Shown: piece by piece, positions 56,094-64,000 of the stretch
How positions within the stretch are numbered: position 1 is the first letter of the stretch
Layout of the letters: every line of letters begins with the position of its first letter
DNA from: Marinilabiliales bacterium
GTDB lineage: Bacteria; Bacteroidota; Bacteroidia; Bacteroidales; SZUA-534
DNA length: 64,000 nt
Direction of reading: 5' to 3'
Assembly: GCA_003512955.1 (NCBI GenBank)
Contig: DOTG01000020.1
Span: forward strand, 31,632-95,631
The notes under the pieces: generated by a model
Databases searched by the model: none
What the model was told of the DNA's origin: nothing
What the model saw: the letters and a program-made list of their open reading frames with translations, nothing else
Translations under genes and position numbers: made by a program

Positions 56094-57053
56094 ATGCAAA
56101 AGAAGCTTGTTACATGTATCATATTATTACTGGTGTTTGGTGACATTTTTAGCCAAAATGCGAACTATTCCAGCTTACCCATGTTCGACCTGATGTATTA
56201 CAACCCGGGTTACGCGGGCGATGGAAATGAAATTGAGGCCAAAGGCTTATTCCGCGAACAATGGATGAAATTCCCAGGAAGACCTCGTACCCAAACATTT
56301 AGTATTGATGCTCCCTTTAAGCTGTTTAACCATCAACATGGAGCAGGGTTAACCTTTCTGTTAGACAATATTGGTAATTTTAGTAACACTTACGTAAATC
56401 TTTCGTATGCTTACAGGCGTTCTTTGGCACAAGGCGATTTAGGAATCGGGGCCAGTTTAAATATGCTAAGCCACAAATTTGAATCAGATTGGCGCGCAAC
56501 TGGTGATGTGGCGGGAGATGTTTCAATCCCACAAAATAAAGATGATCGACCTTTTGCTTTAGATGTAAATTTGGGCGTATTTTACCGGGCCGATAATTTA
56601 TACTTGAGTGTTTCGACCATGAATGTAATGCAAAGTAGAATAAAATATACAAATTCCACGAACAATGAAACTGCTTCATCCACCGAAACATTTATCGGGA
56701 GGCAGTTTTTTATTAGCACCGGCTACGATTACCAGTTGGCCAACCCCATGTTTTCAGTTCAACCTTCGGCTTTTATTGCCTCCGATATATCCTCTACCCA
56801 ATTTAGTTTGTCAGGGATATTAACCTATAACCAACGGTTTTTTGGAGGATTGGGCTATAAAAAGAATGATGCGGTGATTGTGATTGCAGGCATTGATTTG
56901 CCCAGTGGAATTGAAGTTGCCGTGTCGTATGATGTGAATACATCGCGTATAATAAAAAGCAGTGCCGGTTCGTTTGAATTCATGGTAGGATATTCATTCA
57001 GCCTTGATATTGATAAAGATAGCAGAAAGTTTAAAAGTGTAAGATTTCTTTAA
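56094..57053 (+). CDS. porP: Type IX secretion system membrane protein PorP/SprF family
   Basis: Signal peptide MQKKLVTCIILLLVFGDIFSQ from the ATG at 56094. YYNPGYAG and FREQWMKFPGRPRTQTFSIDAP are typical PorP/SprF strings. It lies immediately upstream of gldK. Confidence 0.8.
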   Translation: MQKKLVTCIILLLVFGDIFSQNANYSSLPMFDLMYYNPGYAGDGNEIEAKGLFREQWMKFPGRPRTQTFSIDAPFKLFNHQHGAGLTFLLDNIGNFSNTYVNLSYAYRRSLAQGDLGIGASLNMLSHKFESDWRATGDVAGDVSIPQNKDDRPFALDVNLGVFYRADNLYLSVSTMNVMQSRIKYTNSTNNETASSTETFIGRQFFISTGYDYQLANPMFSVQPSAFIASDISSTQFSLSGILTYNQRFFGGLGYKKNDAVIVIAGIDLPSGIEVAVSYDVNTSRIIKSSAGSFEFMVGYSFSLDIDKDSRKFKSVRFL

Positions 57054-57112
57054 TTTGGTTTTTTAATTTATTTTGTTCATTTTTATATTTCTAAAATATA
57101 TACTGATAGACT

Positions 57113-58489
57113 ATGAAAAAATTAGCAATTTTGAGTGCCGTGTTAATCATATTTGTCGGATGTGCAAGTACTGAAGAAGGAGAATTAACAGGTGTTCAAG
57201 ACAGAGCACCGTGGTATGTATCGGATCCCTTTGGAATGGTTTTAGTACCGAAAGGCAGCTATCGCCAGGGACCCAATGACCAAGATGTACCATGGGCTAC
57301 TACCGCACAATCAAAAACGGTTTCAATTGCATCCTTTTATATGGACCAAACCGAAATTACCAATAACGAATACCGCCAGTTTGTCCATTGGGTGCGCGAT
57401 TCGTTGGCCTACCGCATGTTAGGTGAGCAAATTGACGAGTACCTGATTTCAGAAGATGCTTTTGGAGAAGCCATTGAACCCCCTTTCATCAACTGGGAAA
57501 TGGAAATTATCTGGGACGACCAAGAACAGAATGAAATCCTTCAAGATTTATTTTATCCGGAACACGAACGTTTTTACCGCAGAAAATCGATTGACCCACG
57601 GAAATTAAATTATGAGTATTTCTGGATTGATTACAAACAAGCCGCGCAGAAATTTACTTTCGATAACGAAAACCGCAGACATTACAACTATAAAACGGGA
57701 CAATACGATGGTGAGATCGTCGGTTTAGACGGCAAAAAAATCCCTATCAAAGATCGTAGTTCTTTCATCATGCGCGATATGGTGAATGTTTATCCTGATA
57801 CACTCTGTTGGATTAGTGACTTTTCCTATTCATACAACGAACCCATGGCTAATATGTATTTTTGGCATGCGAGCTACGACAATTATCCTGTAGTAGGTGT
57901 AAGTTGGAAACAAGCTACCGCTTTCTCTATTTGGAGAACCGCTTATCAAAATGGTTTCTTGGCCGGTGCCGGAGGTCATTTTGTTCAAGATTATCGTTTG
58001 CCCATGGAATCGGAATGGGAATATGCAGCACGTGGAGGAATGGAATTAGCCGTTTATCCGTGGGGCGGTCCTTATACAAGGAATGACATGGGTTGTTTCT
58101 TGGCCAACTTTAAACCTATGAGAGGCGATTACGTTCTTGATGGTGGGTTGCATACTACAGAGGTGGCTATTTACGAAGCCAATGACTATGGATTGTATGA
58201 TATGGCCGGTAATGTGAGCGAATGGACTGCCAACGCATTCGACGAAAGTTCCTATAGCTTTACCCATGATTTGAATCCATATTATCAGTTTAACGCCTTA
58301 CCCGATGATCCTCCTGCATTGAAGCGGAAAGTAGTTCGTGGTGGTTCATGGAAAGACATTGGTTATTACATGCAAAATGGAACCCGCACTTATGAATACC
58401 AAGACACTGCAAAAGCTTATATCGGCTTTAGATGTGTAAGATCATACATGGGACCTGATGAAACTGGTGCTCAATCGAATGTTTATTAA
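57113..58489 (+). CDS. gldK: Gliding motility / T9SS lipoprotein GldK (PorK), FGE-sulfatase fold
   Basis: Lipobox IFVGCAS. YRLPMESEWEYAARGG, VVRGGSW. First of the K-L-M-N gene order. Confidence 0.9.
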   Translation: MKKLAILSAVLIIFVGCASTEEGELTGVQDRAPWYVSDPFGMVLVPKGSYRQGPNDQDVPWATTAQSKTVSIASFYMDQTEITNNEYRQFVHWVRDSLAYRMLGEQIDEYLISEDAFGEAIEPPFINWEMEIIWDDQEQNEILQDLFYPEHERFYRRKSIDPRKLNYEYFWIDYKQAAQKFTFDNENRRHYNYKTGQYDGEIVGLDGKKIPIKDRSSFIMRDMVNVYPDTLCWISDFSYSYNEPMANMYFWHASYDNYPVVGVSWKQATAFSIWRTAYQNGFLAGAGGHFVQDYRLPMESEWEYAARGGMELAVYPWGGPYTRNDMGCFLANFKPMRGDYVLDGGLHTTEVAIYEANDYGLYDMAGNVSEWTANAFDESSYSFTHDLNPYYQFNALPDDPPALKRKVVRGGSWKDIGYYMQNGTRTYEYQDTAKAYIGFRCVRSYMGPDETGAQSNVY

Positions 58490-58526
58490 GTTAATAGACT
58501 GTAAAAACACAATAAAAAATTAAGCC

Positions 58527-59591
58527 ATGAATATTAACGAAATTGTCGAAAGTAAAGGCTATAAGAACTTTATGAAATATGTGTATGGATGGGGAGCCTC
58601 CGTTGTGCTAATCGGTGCGCTCTTCAAAATCCTACACTTACCGGGTTCTTCAATCATGCTTACCATTGGGTTGCTTGTAGAGGCTTTAATATTCTTCTTT
58701 TCTGGATTTGAACCATTGCATGAAGAACTGGACTGGACGTTAGTTTATCCGGAGTTGGCCGGTTTAACTGATGAGTTCGAAGAAGACGAAACGCAAGTAC
58801 GTCGTTTTGACAGAGCCCATGAAATGCCTCAAGTAGTTGGTGTACCTGTAGGAGGCTCATTTGCAGGCGGACAACCCACAGAGGGAGGCCATGTTGCTAC
58901 TGTACCTTCAACAGGGGGCGGTATGGGTGGCGGTTCTGTCATAATTGGTGGAGGAAGCCCTTCAGCACTTTCAAAATTTGATGAGTTACTCATGAAAGCT
59001 GACATTGGACCGGAAATTTTCGACAAATTGGGACAAGGCTTAAACAATCTTAGCAATACTGCTGCAAAGCTTGCCGATATTTCTGATGCAGGAGCTGCCG
59101 CTAAAGAATTTGCTACAAAAATGCAAAATGCGTCTGCATCTGTAGGCAAACTCGATGAGGTCTATCAAAAATCTTCAGAAGCATTGAAAGAATCGGTAAA
59201 TACCCTTTCAGAATCCTATTCCAATTCTGCTCAAACATTCAACCAGTCGAGTGTCCAATTAACAGAAGCCTATTCTACATTTGCAAATAAGCTTACCCAA
59301 GAAATCAACACTGTGGGTAACGAAGGAAACAAGTATTCTGAAAAACTGGGCGCTTTAAATTCGAATCTTTCTGCATTAAATGCCGTTTATGAACTACAGA
59401 TTAAAAACCTAAACGAGCAAGTGGAGTCGTCATCTACATATTTTAAAGGCCTACAAGGAATGGTTAGCAATATTCAACAAACCGTTGATCATACCAATAA
59501 ACTCAATGAAGGTGTTAAAGAACTGGAGAAAAACATTTCCTCATTAAATAGCATTTATGGAAATATGCTTTCTTCTGTAAATTTTAAATAA
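58527..59591 (+). CDS. gldL: Gliding motility / T9SS motor protein GldL (PorL), long form
   Basis: Two N-terminal TM helices (GWGASVVLIGALFKILH; IMLTIGLLVEALIFFFSGF, with the conserved TM2 Glu). A Gly-rich linker and a long cytoplasmic tail follow. Confidence 0.85.
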   Translation: MNINEIVESKGYKNFMKYVYGWGASVVLIGALFKILHLPGSSIMLTIGLLVEALIFFFSGFEPLHEELDWTLVYPELAGLTDEFEEDETQVRRFDRAHEMPQVVGVPVGGSFAGGQPTEGGHVATVPSTGGGMGGGSVIIGGGSPSALSKFDELLMKADIGPEIFDKLGQGLNNLSNTAAKLADISDAGAAAKEFATKMQNASASVGKLDEVYQKSSEALKESVNTLSESYSNSAQTFNQSSVQLTEAYSTFANKLTQEINTVGNEGNKYSEKLGALNSNLSALNAVYELQIKNLNEQVESSSTYFKGLQGMVSNIQQTVDHTNKLNEGVKELEKNISSLNSIYGNMLSSVNFK

Positions 59592-59613
59592 CTAATCAAA
59601 GAACCACAAGAAT

Positions 59614-61233
59614 ATGGGCCACGGTAAGGAAACCCCCAGGCAGAAGATGATCGGACTTATGTACCTGTTTTTAACTGCTATGTTGGCATTGAATGTTTCA
59701 AAGGATGTATTGAATTCATTTATATTGGTTGGTGAAAGTTTGGAAAAAACGATTGTTAACTATGAATCGAAAAATGAAAAAATGTATTCTGAATTTGCCA
59801 AACAATACATGCTTAATCCTGACAAAGTTGGCAAATGGAAAGAGTCTTCAGATAAAGTAAAAGTAAGCGCCGAATCCCTTTTTAATAATTTAGAAGGACA
59901 CAAAATGGGATTGGCTGTTTATGCCGAGGGGGCTGAGGCGCCTGCTGTGAAAGAAGGTACTTTCAAAATCGACCTCTTGGAACAAAAAGACAATGTTGAT
60001 AAAGGGGGTGAATATTTTGGAGAACTGGGCAAAAAACATGGCGTTGAGATTAAGAAACAATTAGAGGAATATCGGGAGTTATTGCTGGATATTATTCCTG
60101 AAAAGGACTCTGCCACCATGTTGTTACGACAAAATATCGAACACACTCTAGAAACTCATGATCACCCAGGAAAGGAAGGTGAGGCCCCACATGGTTGGGT
60201 AAGTGTAACCTTTGAACACATTCCTTTGATTGCCGACTTTGTAATGCTGACCAAGCTGCAAACAGATGTTAAAAATATTGAAACCGATGTATTGAATTAT
60301 CTGTTCAACCAGATTAGTGCCAACGACTTCAAGGTTAATGCCATGGAAGCCACGGTCATTCCCAATTCAAGTTACGTGATGAAGGGTGGTGAATATAAAG
60401 CCAAAGTCTTTTTAGCCGCATATGATTCTACTCAGGCTCCGGAGATTTTGGTAGGTGATTACCGTAAAAATGCTGATGGCAAATATGAAATGGTCGGCTC
60501 ATACCAAACCCTGAAAGTCGAAAAAGGGAAAGGGGAATACACCACTTCAGCATCCTCGGTAGGTGACCGGAAATGGAGGGGTTTAATTAAAATCAAAGCC
60601 CCCGATGGTGGAGTTAATGCTTATCCTTTTGATGAAGCATATCAAGTGGCACAACCCAATTTAGTTGTTTCGCCTACCAAGATGAATGTGTTTTATTATG
60701 GAATTGAAAACCCTGTTGCCATATCTGTTCCTGGGATTCCGGCCAATAAAATTGAACCAAGGATTGCCGAAGGTGCTATAATAAGTAAAGTTGCCGATGG
60801 ATATGAGGTGAAACCTACAAAAAGATCGGGAACAGTATCTATTCAAGTAATGGCTGAAATTGAGGGTTCTAAAAAAAGTATGGGAAGCATGGATTTCCGG
60901 ATCAAAACTATTCCTGAGCCAAAAGCCAAAGTTATGGGACAATCCAGCGGATCGATTTCCATTGCCATGCTTTCAAATGCCCCAGGCGTATATGCTGAAT
61001 TAGAGGATTTTGTTTTCGACCTGAAATTCCAAATTACGGGTTTTACATTAGTTACTCAAGATGGAATCTATAGTAAAGAATTGAACACCAAAGGAAATTC
61101 ATTTTCAAGAGAGCAACAGGACGTTATTAAAGCTGCCAAAAAAGGGGGCCGTATTACCATTGAAAACATTGTGGCCCGCGGACCTGACGGTCAGGAAAAA
61201 CCTTTGTCTCCTATCGTATTTAAACTTAAATAA
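59614..61233 (+). CDS. gldM: Gliding motility / T9SS motor protein GldM (PorM)
   Basis: N-terminal PRQKMIGLMYLFLTAMLALNV single TM helix, large periplasmic region, and position after gldL. Confidence 0.9.
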   Translation: MGHGKETPRQKMIGLMYLFLTAMLALNVSKDVLNSFILVGESLEKTIVNYESKNEKMYSEFAKQYMLNPDKVGKWKESSDKVKVSAESLFNNLEGHKMGLAVYAEGAEAPAVKEGTFKIDLLEQKDNVDKGGEYFGELGKKHGVEIKKQLEEYRELLLDIIPEKDSATMLLRQNIEHTLETHDHPGKEGEAPHGWVSVTFEHIPLIADFVMLTKLQTDVKNIETDVLNYLFNQISANDFKVNAMEATVIPNSSYVMKGGEYKAKVFLAAYDSTQAPEILVGDYRKNADGKYEMVGSYQTLKVEKGKGEYTTSASSVGDRKWRGLIKIKAPDGGVNAYPFDEAYQVAQPNLVVSPTKMNVFYYGIENPVAISVPGIPANKIEPRIAEGAIISKVADGYEVKPTKRSGTVSIQVMAEIEGSKKSMGSMDFRIKTIPEPKAKVMGQSSGSISIAMLSNAPGVYAELEDFVFDLKFQITGFTLVTQDGIYSKELNTKGNSFSREQQDVIKAAKKGGRITIENIVARGPDGQEKPLSPIVFKLK

Positions 61234-61242
61234 TTTGTTAGT

Positions 61243-62115
61243 ATGAAAAAGTTATTTGTTATTCCAGTTATCGCTTTAGCTTTTCTCTTATCAGGAAGCC
61301 CTGATGGAGTGGCTCAGGTTCTAGATGGAATTTATGTAAAAGAACATGTACCTGCCCGTAAGCCGGTTCCCTATAAATTTCTCCGCGAAGGTGATGTCAT
61401 GTGGACCAAACGGATTTGGAGAGTTGTTGATCTTCGTGAAAAGATTAACCATTCCTTATATTATCCTAAAACACGGATTGGAGACCGGATGAGTTTTATC
61501 GATTTGATGATTTGGGGCATCAACACCGAAGGGATTACCCCTTATGCTACCGATGACGACCGCTTTTCGCAGCCCATTACCCGTAGCCAGATTGAGGTTG
61601 CTTTTGGTGCCGTTGAAAGGCCTATCACTTTTACCGATGAAAATGGAAATGAACAAACCAAAAATATCAAAGAAGAGATGAATACCTCTCAGATTCAGCA
61701 ATATATGCTGAAAGAAGATTGGTTCTTTGATAAACAGCATTCCATGATGGATGTACGGATTATTGGTATCTGCCCTATCCGTTTTTACAGCAAGGACGAT
61801 CAGGTTGCCGCAGATGCTGGTGGTGAAGTAACTGAAGCTGAGATCCGTATTCAACCTGTCTTCTGGATTTATTTCCCAGAAGCCCGCCGGATTTTTGCCA
61901 ATCATGAAGTATTCAACGAATTCAATGATGCCGAACGCCGCACGTTTGATGATGTTTTCTTTAAAAGAAAATTCAGCAGCTTTATCATCCGCGAAACCAA
62001 CGTGCATGATGATCGTCAGGTTGCCCGCTATACTTTGGGATTACAAAGTTTATTGGAAGCTGAAACTATTAAAAAGAAAATCAACGACTACGAACAAGAT
62101 TTGTGGAACTACTAA
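61243..62115 (+). CDS. gldN: Gliding motility / T9SS protein GldN (PorN)
   Basis: Signal peptide MKKLFVIPVIALAFLLSG, about 290 aa, last gene of the K-L-M-N order. WTKRIWRVVDLREKIN is typical of GldN N-termini. Confidence 0.9.
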   Translation: MKKLFVIPVIALAFLLSGSPDGVAQVLDGIYVKEHVPARKPVPYKFLREGDVMWTKRIWRVVDLREKINHSLYYPKTRIGDRMSFIDLMIWGINTEGITPYATDDDRFSQPITRSQIEVAFGAVERPITFTDENGNEQTKNIKEEMNTSQIQQYMLKEDWFFDKQHSMMDVRIIGICPIRFYSKDDQVAADAGGEVTEAEIRIQPVFWIYFPEARRIFANHEVFNEFNDAERRTFDDVFFKRKFSSFIIRETNVHDDRQVARYTLGLQSLLEAETIKKKINDYEQDLWNY

Positions 62116-62123
62116 TCGGTTTT

Positions 62124-62246
62124 AATAGATCGGTAGATTTTTAGACTCAAGACACGAGACAAAATATATCTATTGGAAATCATCACTTAATCTGTTTGTT
62201 AATACTTTTTATGTAACAGATTATCTCATTTGCTTATAAAATTTTA
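62124..62246 (+). repeat. Copy B of the conserved intergenic element (copy A at 4138-4250)
   Basis: See copy A. Copy B starts 9 nt after the gldN stop and ends about 25 nt before the terminator hairpin. Confidence 0.75.
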
Positions 62247-62271
62247 GTGGATTATTACGGTTTATAAAGTT

Positions 62272-62310
62272 AAAAAAGCGAGGTGGTCAAAAGGACTGCC
62301 TCGCTTTTTT
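62272..62310. terminator. Bidirectional rho-independent terminator between gldN (+) and manC (-)
   Basis: A6-GCGAGG (62278-62283), a 15-nt loop, then CCTCGC (62299-62304)-T6. The A/T runs flank it on both sides. Confidence 0.75.
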
Positions 62311-62323
62311 GTATGGTCCGGGA

Positions 62324-63409
62324 TTAGATAAACTTCTCTCCCTTTTGAACCTTAATATCATTTACAAAATTCCGTATCTGCTGCTCCTCTTTTTTATCAC
62401 AGATGAGTAAGGCATCTTTAGTGTCAATAACCACATAATCTTTTAATCCCTGAACCACAACCAGTTTCCCTTCGGGTGCTTTAATCACTGAATCGGTGGT
62501 ATTGTAGGTAAGGATGTTCCCGTTCAACGCGTTGTTGGCTTCGGTCTTGGGAGAATGCTCAAACAATGAAGTCCAGGTTCCTAAATCGGACCAGCCAAAT
62601 TGGGAGCCTAGTACAAATACATTGGGTGCTTTTTCCATTACTCCATAATCGATGGAGATATTTCGACAAGCCGGATAAATCTCTTCCACGGCCTTTGATT
62701 CCAATGATGTTCCGAACACCTCCACCTTTTCGTGAAATGCAGTATAGACATCTTCCAAATAGGTGGCAAATGCTTCCTGGATGGCGCCGATAGACCAAAT
62801 AAATATCCCTGAGTTCCAATAAAATTCACCACTCTGAACAAAGAAACGTGCTAAATCAATATCCGGCTTTTCGGTAAAGGTTTTGACTTTTTTAATGCGG
62901 ATGGAGCGATCCGAATCTTCTTTATTTATTTGAATGTACCCATAGCCTGTATCAGGCCTCGTGGGTTCAATTCCCAAGGTCAACAAGCTTTTCTCTTTTG
63001 ATACAAATTCAACCCCCTTTTGAATGGTCTCAATAAAAACATTCTCATTCATAATCAAATGATCGGAAGGAGCCACAATTATTTTCGCGTTGGGGTTAAT
63101 GCTTTGTATCCTGAAGTTGGCATAAGCAATACATGGAGCCGTATTCCGGCGGGCAGGTTCCAGTAATACTTGCGATTCTGTAATACTATCGAGTTGTTGG
63201 AGCGTAATTTCTTTATACTCAGCACTTGTTACGATGTAAATATTTTCAGTTGGACAGATTTTTGTAAAGCGGTCGAATGTTTGCTGGAGCAACGTCCTGC
63301 CGGTTCCCAAAATATCAATAAACTGTTTGGGGTGCAAGGATCTGCTGATTGGCCAAAACCGGGTTCCAGCCCCGCCGGCCATGATTACACAAAATAAATC
63401 AGGATTCAT
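62324..63409 (-). CDS. manC: Mannose-1-phosphate guanylyltransferase
   Basis: VIMAGGAGTRFWPISR nucleotidyltransferase motif. The ATG at 63407-63409 (MNPDLFCVIMAGG) is preferred over the TTG at 63445. Confidence 0.85.
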   Translation of the reverse strand: MNPDLFCVIMAGGAGTRFWPISRSLHPKQFIDILGTGRTLLQQTFDRFTKICPTENIYIVTSAEYKEITLQQLDSITESQVLLEPARRNTAPCIAYANFRIQSINPNAKIIVAPSDHLIMNENVFIETIQKGVEFVSKEKSLLTLGIEPTRPDTGYGYIQINKEDSDRSIRIKKVKTFTEKPDIDLARFFVQSGEFYWNSGIFIWSIGAIQEAFATYLEDVYTAFHEKVEVFGTSLESKAVEEIYPACRNISIDYGVMEKAPNVFVLGSQFGWSDLGTWTSLFEHSPKTEANNALNGNILTYNTTDSVIKAPEGKLVVVQGLKDYVVIDTKDALLICDKKEEQQIRNFVNDIKVQKGEKFI

Positions 63410-63548
63410 ACAAGAAGGTTTTGAAGTTGAATTTTTGTTTGCCAAAACTATTGAATTAAGGCTGCAAATATAACAAATTTATTTGCCCTATCTTTTTTTT
63501 GATATTGCTAAGGTTTTTAATACTTTGCACAACATAAAAACCGATACA

Positions 63549-64000
63549 ATGAATGTGTTTTTTCATGTAGGCCGATACGTGGCTTTTCTGGTAAAAGTGT
63601 TTTCGCGCCCCGAAAAGCATACCATTTGGATAAGGCAGTTTTTTAAGGAGGTACAGAAACTCGGGTTAAGTTCCACAGGGATTATTATCCTTGTTTCGTT
63701 GTTTATTGGTGCTGCCATCACCATTCAGATGGCTTACAACATTACCAGCCCGTTAGTTCCCGATTACGTGATTAGCTTAACTACCCGCGACACCATGCTG
63801 CTGGAATTTTCGTCCACCATTATTTCATTGGTACTGGCTGGAAAAGTAGGATCCAATGTGGCTTCTGAAATTGGTTCCATGAGGGTGAACGAACAAATTG
63901 ACGCCCTCGAAATTATGGGCATTAACTCCAGTTCATTTTTGGTGCTTCCTAAGATTTTGGCCTTCGTGTTTTTCATTCCTTTTTTGGTAATTATCAGCAT
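63549..64000 (+). CDS. MlaE-family ABC transporter permease, N-terminal 150 codons (runs off the window end)
   Basis: Own translation from the ATG at 63549: MNVFFHVGRYVAFLVKVFSRPEKHTIWIRQFFKEVQKLGLSSTGIIILVSLFIGAAITIQ...GSMRVNEQIDALEIMGINS. The EQIDAL motif is typical of MlaE/Ttg2B permeases. Not in the ORF track because there is no stop within the window. Confidence 0.8.
   Translation, partial: MNVFFHVGRYVAFLVKVFSRPEKHTIWIRQFFKEVQKLGLSSTGIIILVSLFIGAAITIQMAYNITSPLVPDYVISLTTRDTMLLEFSSTIISLVLAGKVGSNVASEIGSMRVNEQIDALEIMGINSSSFLVLPKILAFVFFIPFLVIIS

Noticed and set aside
58829-59149. 106-aa minus-strand ORF (Pro/Ala-rich) inside gldL
   Set aside because: It is the mirror image of the Gly-rich linker of GldL (GGN codons read as NCC), a composition artefact.
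61456-62007. 183-aa minus-strand ORF inside gldN
   Set aside because: It is antisense to a well-supported gldN in a conserved K-L-M-N operon, and it has no motifs of its own.
62955-62975. gggttcaattccc, a T-arm-like string considered as a possible tRNA
   Set aside because: It lies inside the manC coding frame, and I could build no acceptor or anticodon stems around it.

Overview
This is a Bacteroidota-type chromosome segment. The evidence is a porP-gldKLMN type IX secretion/gliding cluster, a UpxY-family antiterminator and TAnnTTTG-like promoter boxes. I saw no rRNA, tRNA or CRISPR array.

Layout:
- 1-3978: a gingipain-like C25 peptidase on the minus strand. It is cut by the window edge and is missing from the supplied ORF track.
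- 4.0-8.5 kb: a Wzi/RemB-like outer-membrane protein, an AAA+/DUF4143 ATPase, a decayed IS transposase remnant and unexplained non-coding elements.
- 8.5-36.4 kb: a polysaccharide locus of about 27 kb. About 25 genes lie on the minus strand behind upxY, and one convergent initiating phosphotransferase lies on the plus strand. It has GDP-L-fucose (gmd, fcl), CDP-3,6-dideoxyhexose (rfbF, rfbG, rfbH, E3-like reductase, prt-like, tyv-like) and UDP-uronate epimerase modules. It also has about 9 glycosyltransferases, 2 acetyltransferases, Wzx and Wzy.
- 36.5-64 kb: mostly housekeeping genes. These are a third ATPase, metK, a LiaF-like/LytS/LytTR module, gldA, glmS, panC and panD, radA, PBP1A, topA, an arginase-fold protein, porP-gldK-gldL-gldM-gldN, manC and a partial mlaE.

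I did not find a clear, self-contained novel multi-gene system. The observations most worth following up are:
1. Two small genes with PD-(D/E)XK-type motifs (a DUF4143 ATPase and a GxxExxY gene) sit inside the sugar operon. Each is flanked by a direct duplication of its insertion junction.
2. GTTAC-N5-GTAAC / TACAC-GTGTA palindromes recur at the intercistronic junctions of the nucleotide-sugar module.
3. GGAAT-N3-ATTCC palindromes, including a 32-bp tandem array, lie upstream of two of the three ATPase genes.
4. A conserved intergenic element of about 115 bp occurs twice, 58 kb apart, each time followed by a GC hairpin.
5. An arginase-fold protein with apparently degenerate metal ligands lies between topA and the T9SS core genes.

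All family assignments come from reading motifs by eye and from memory of the families. No searches were run.
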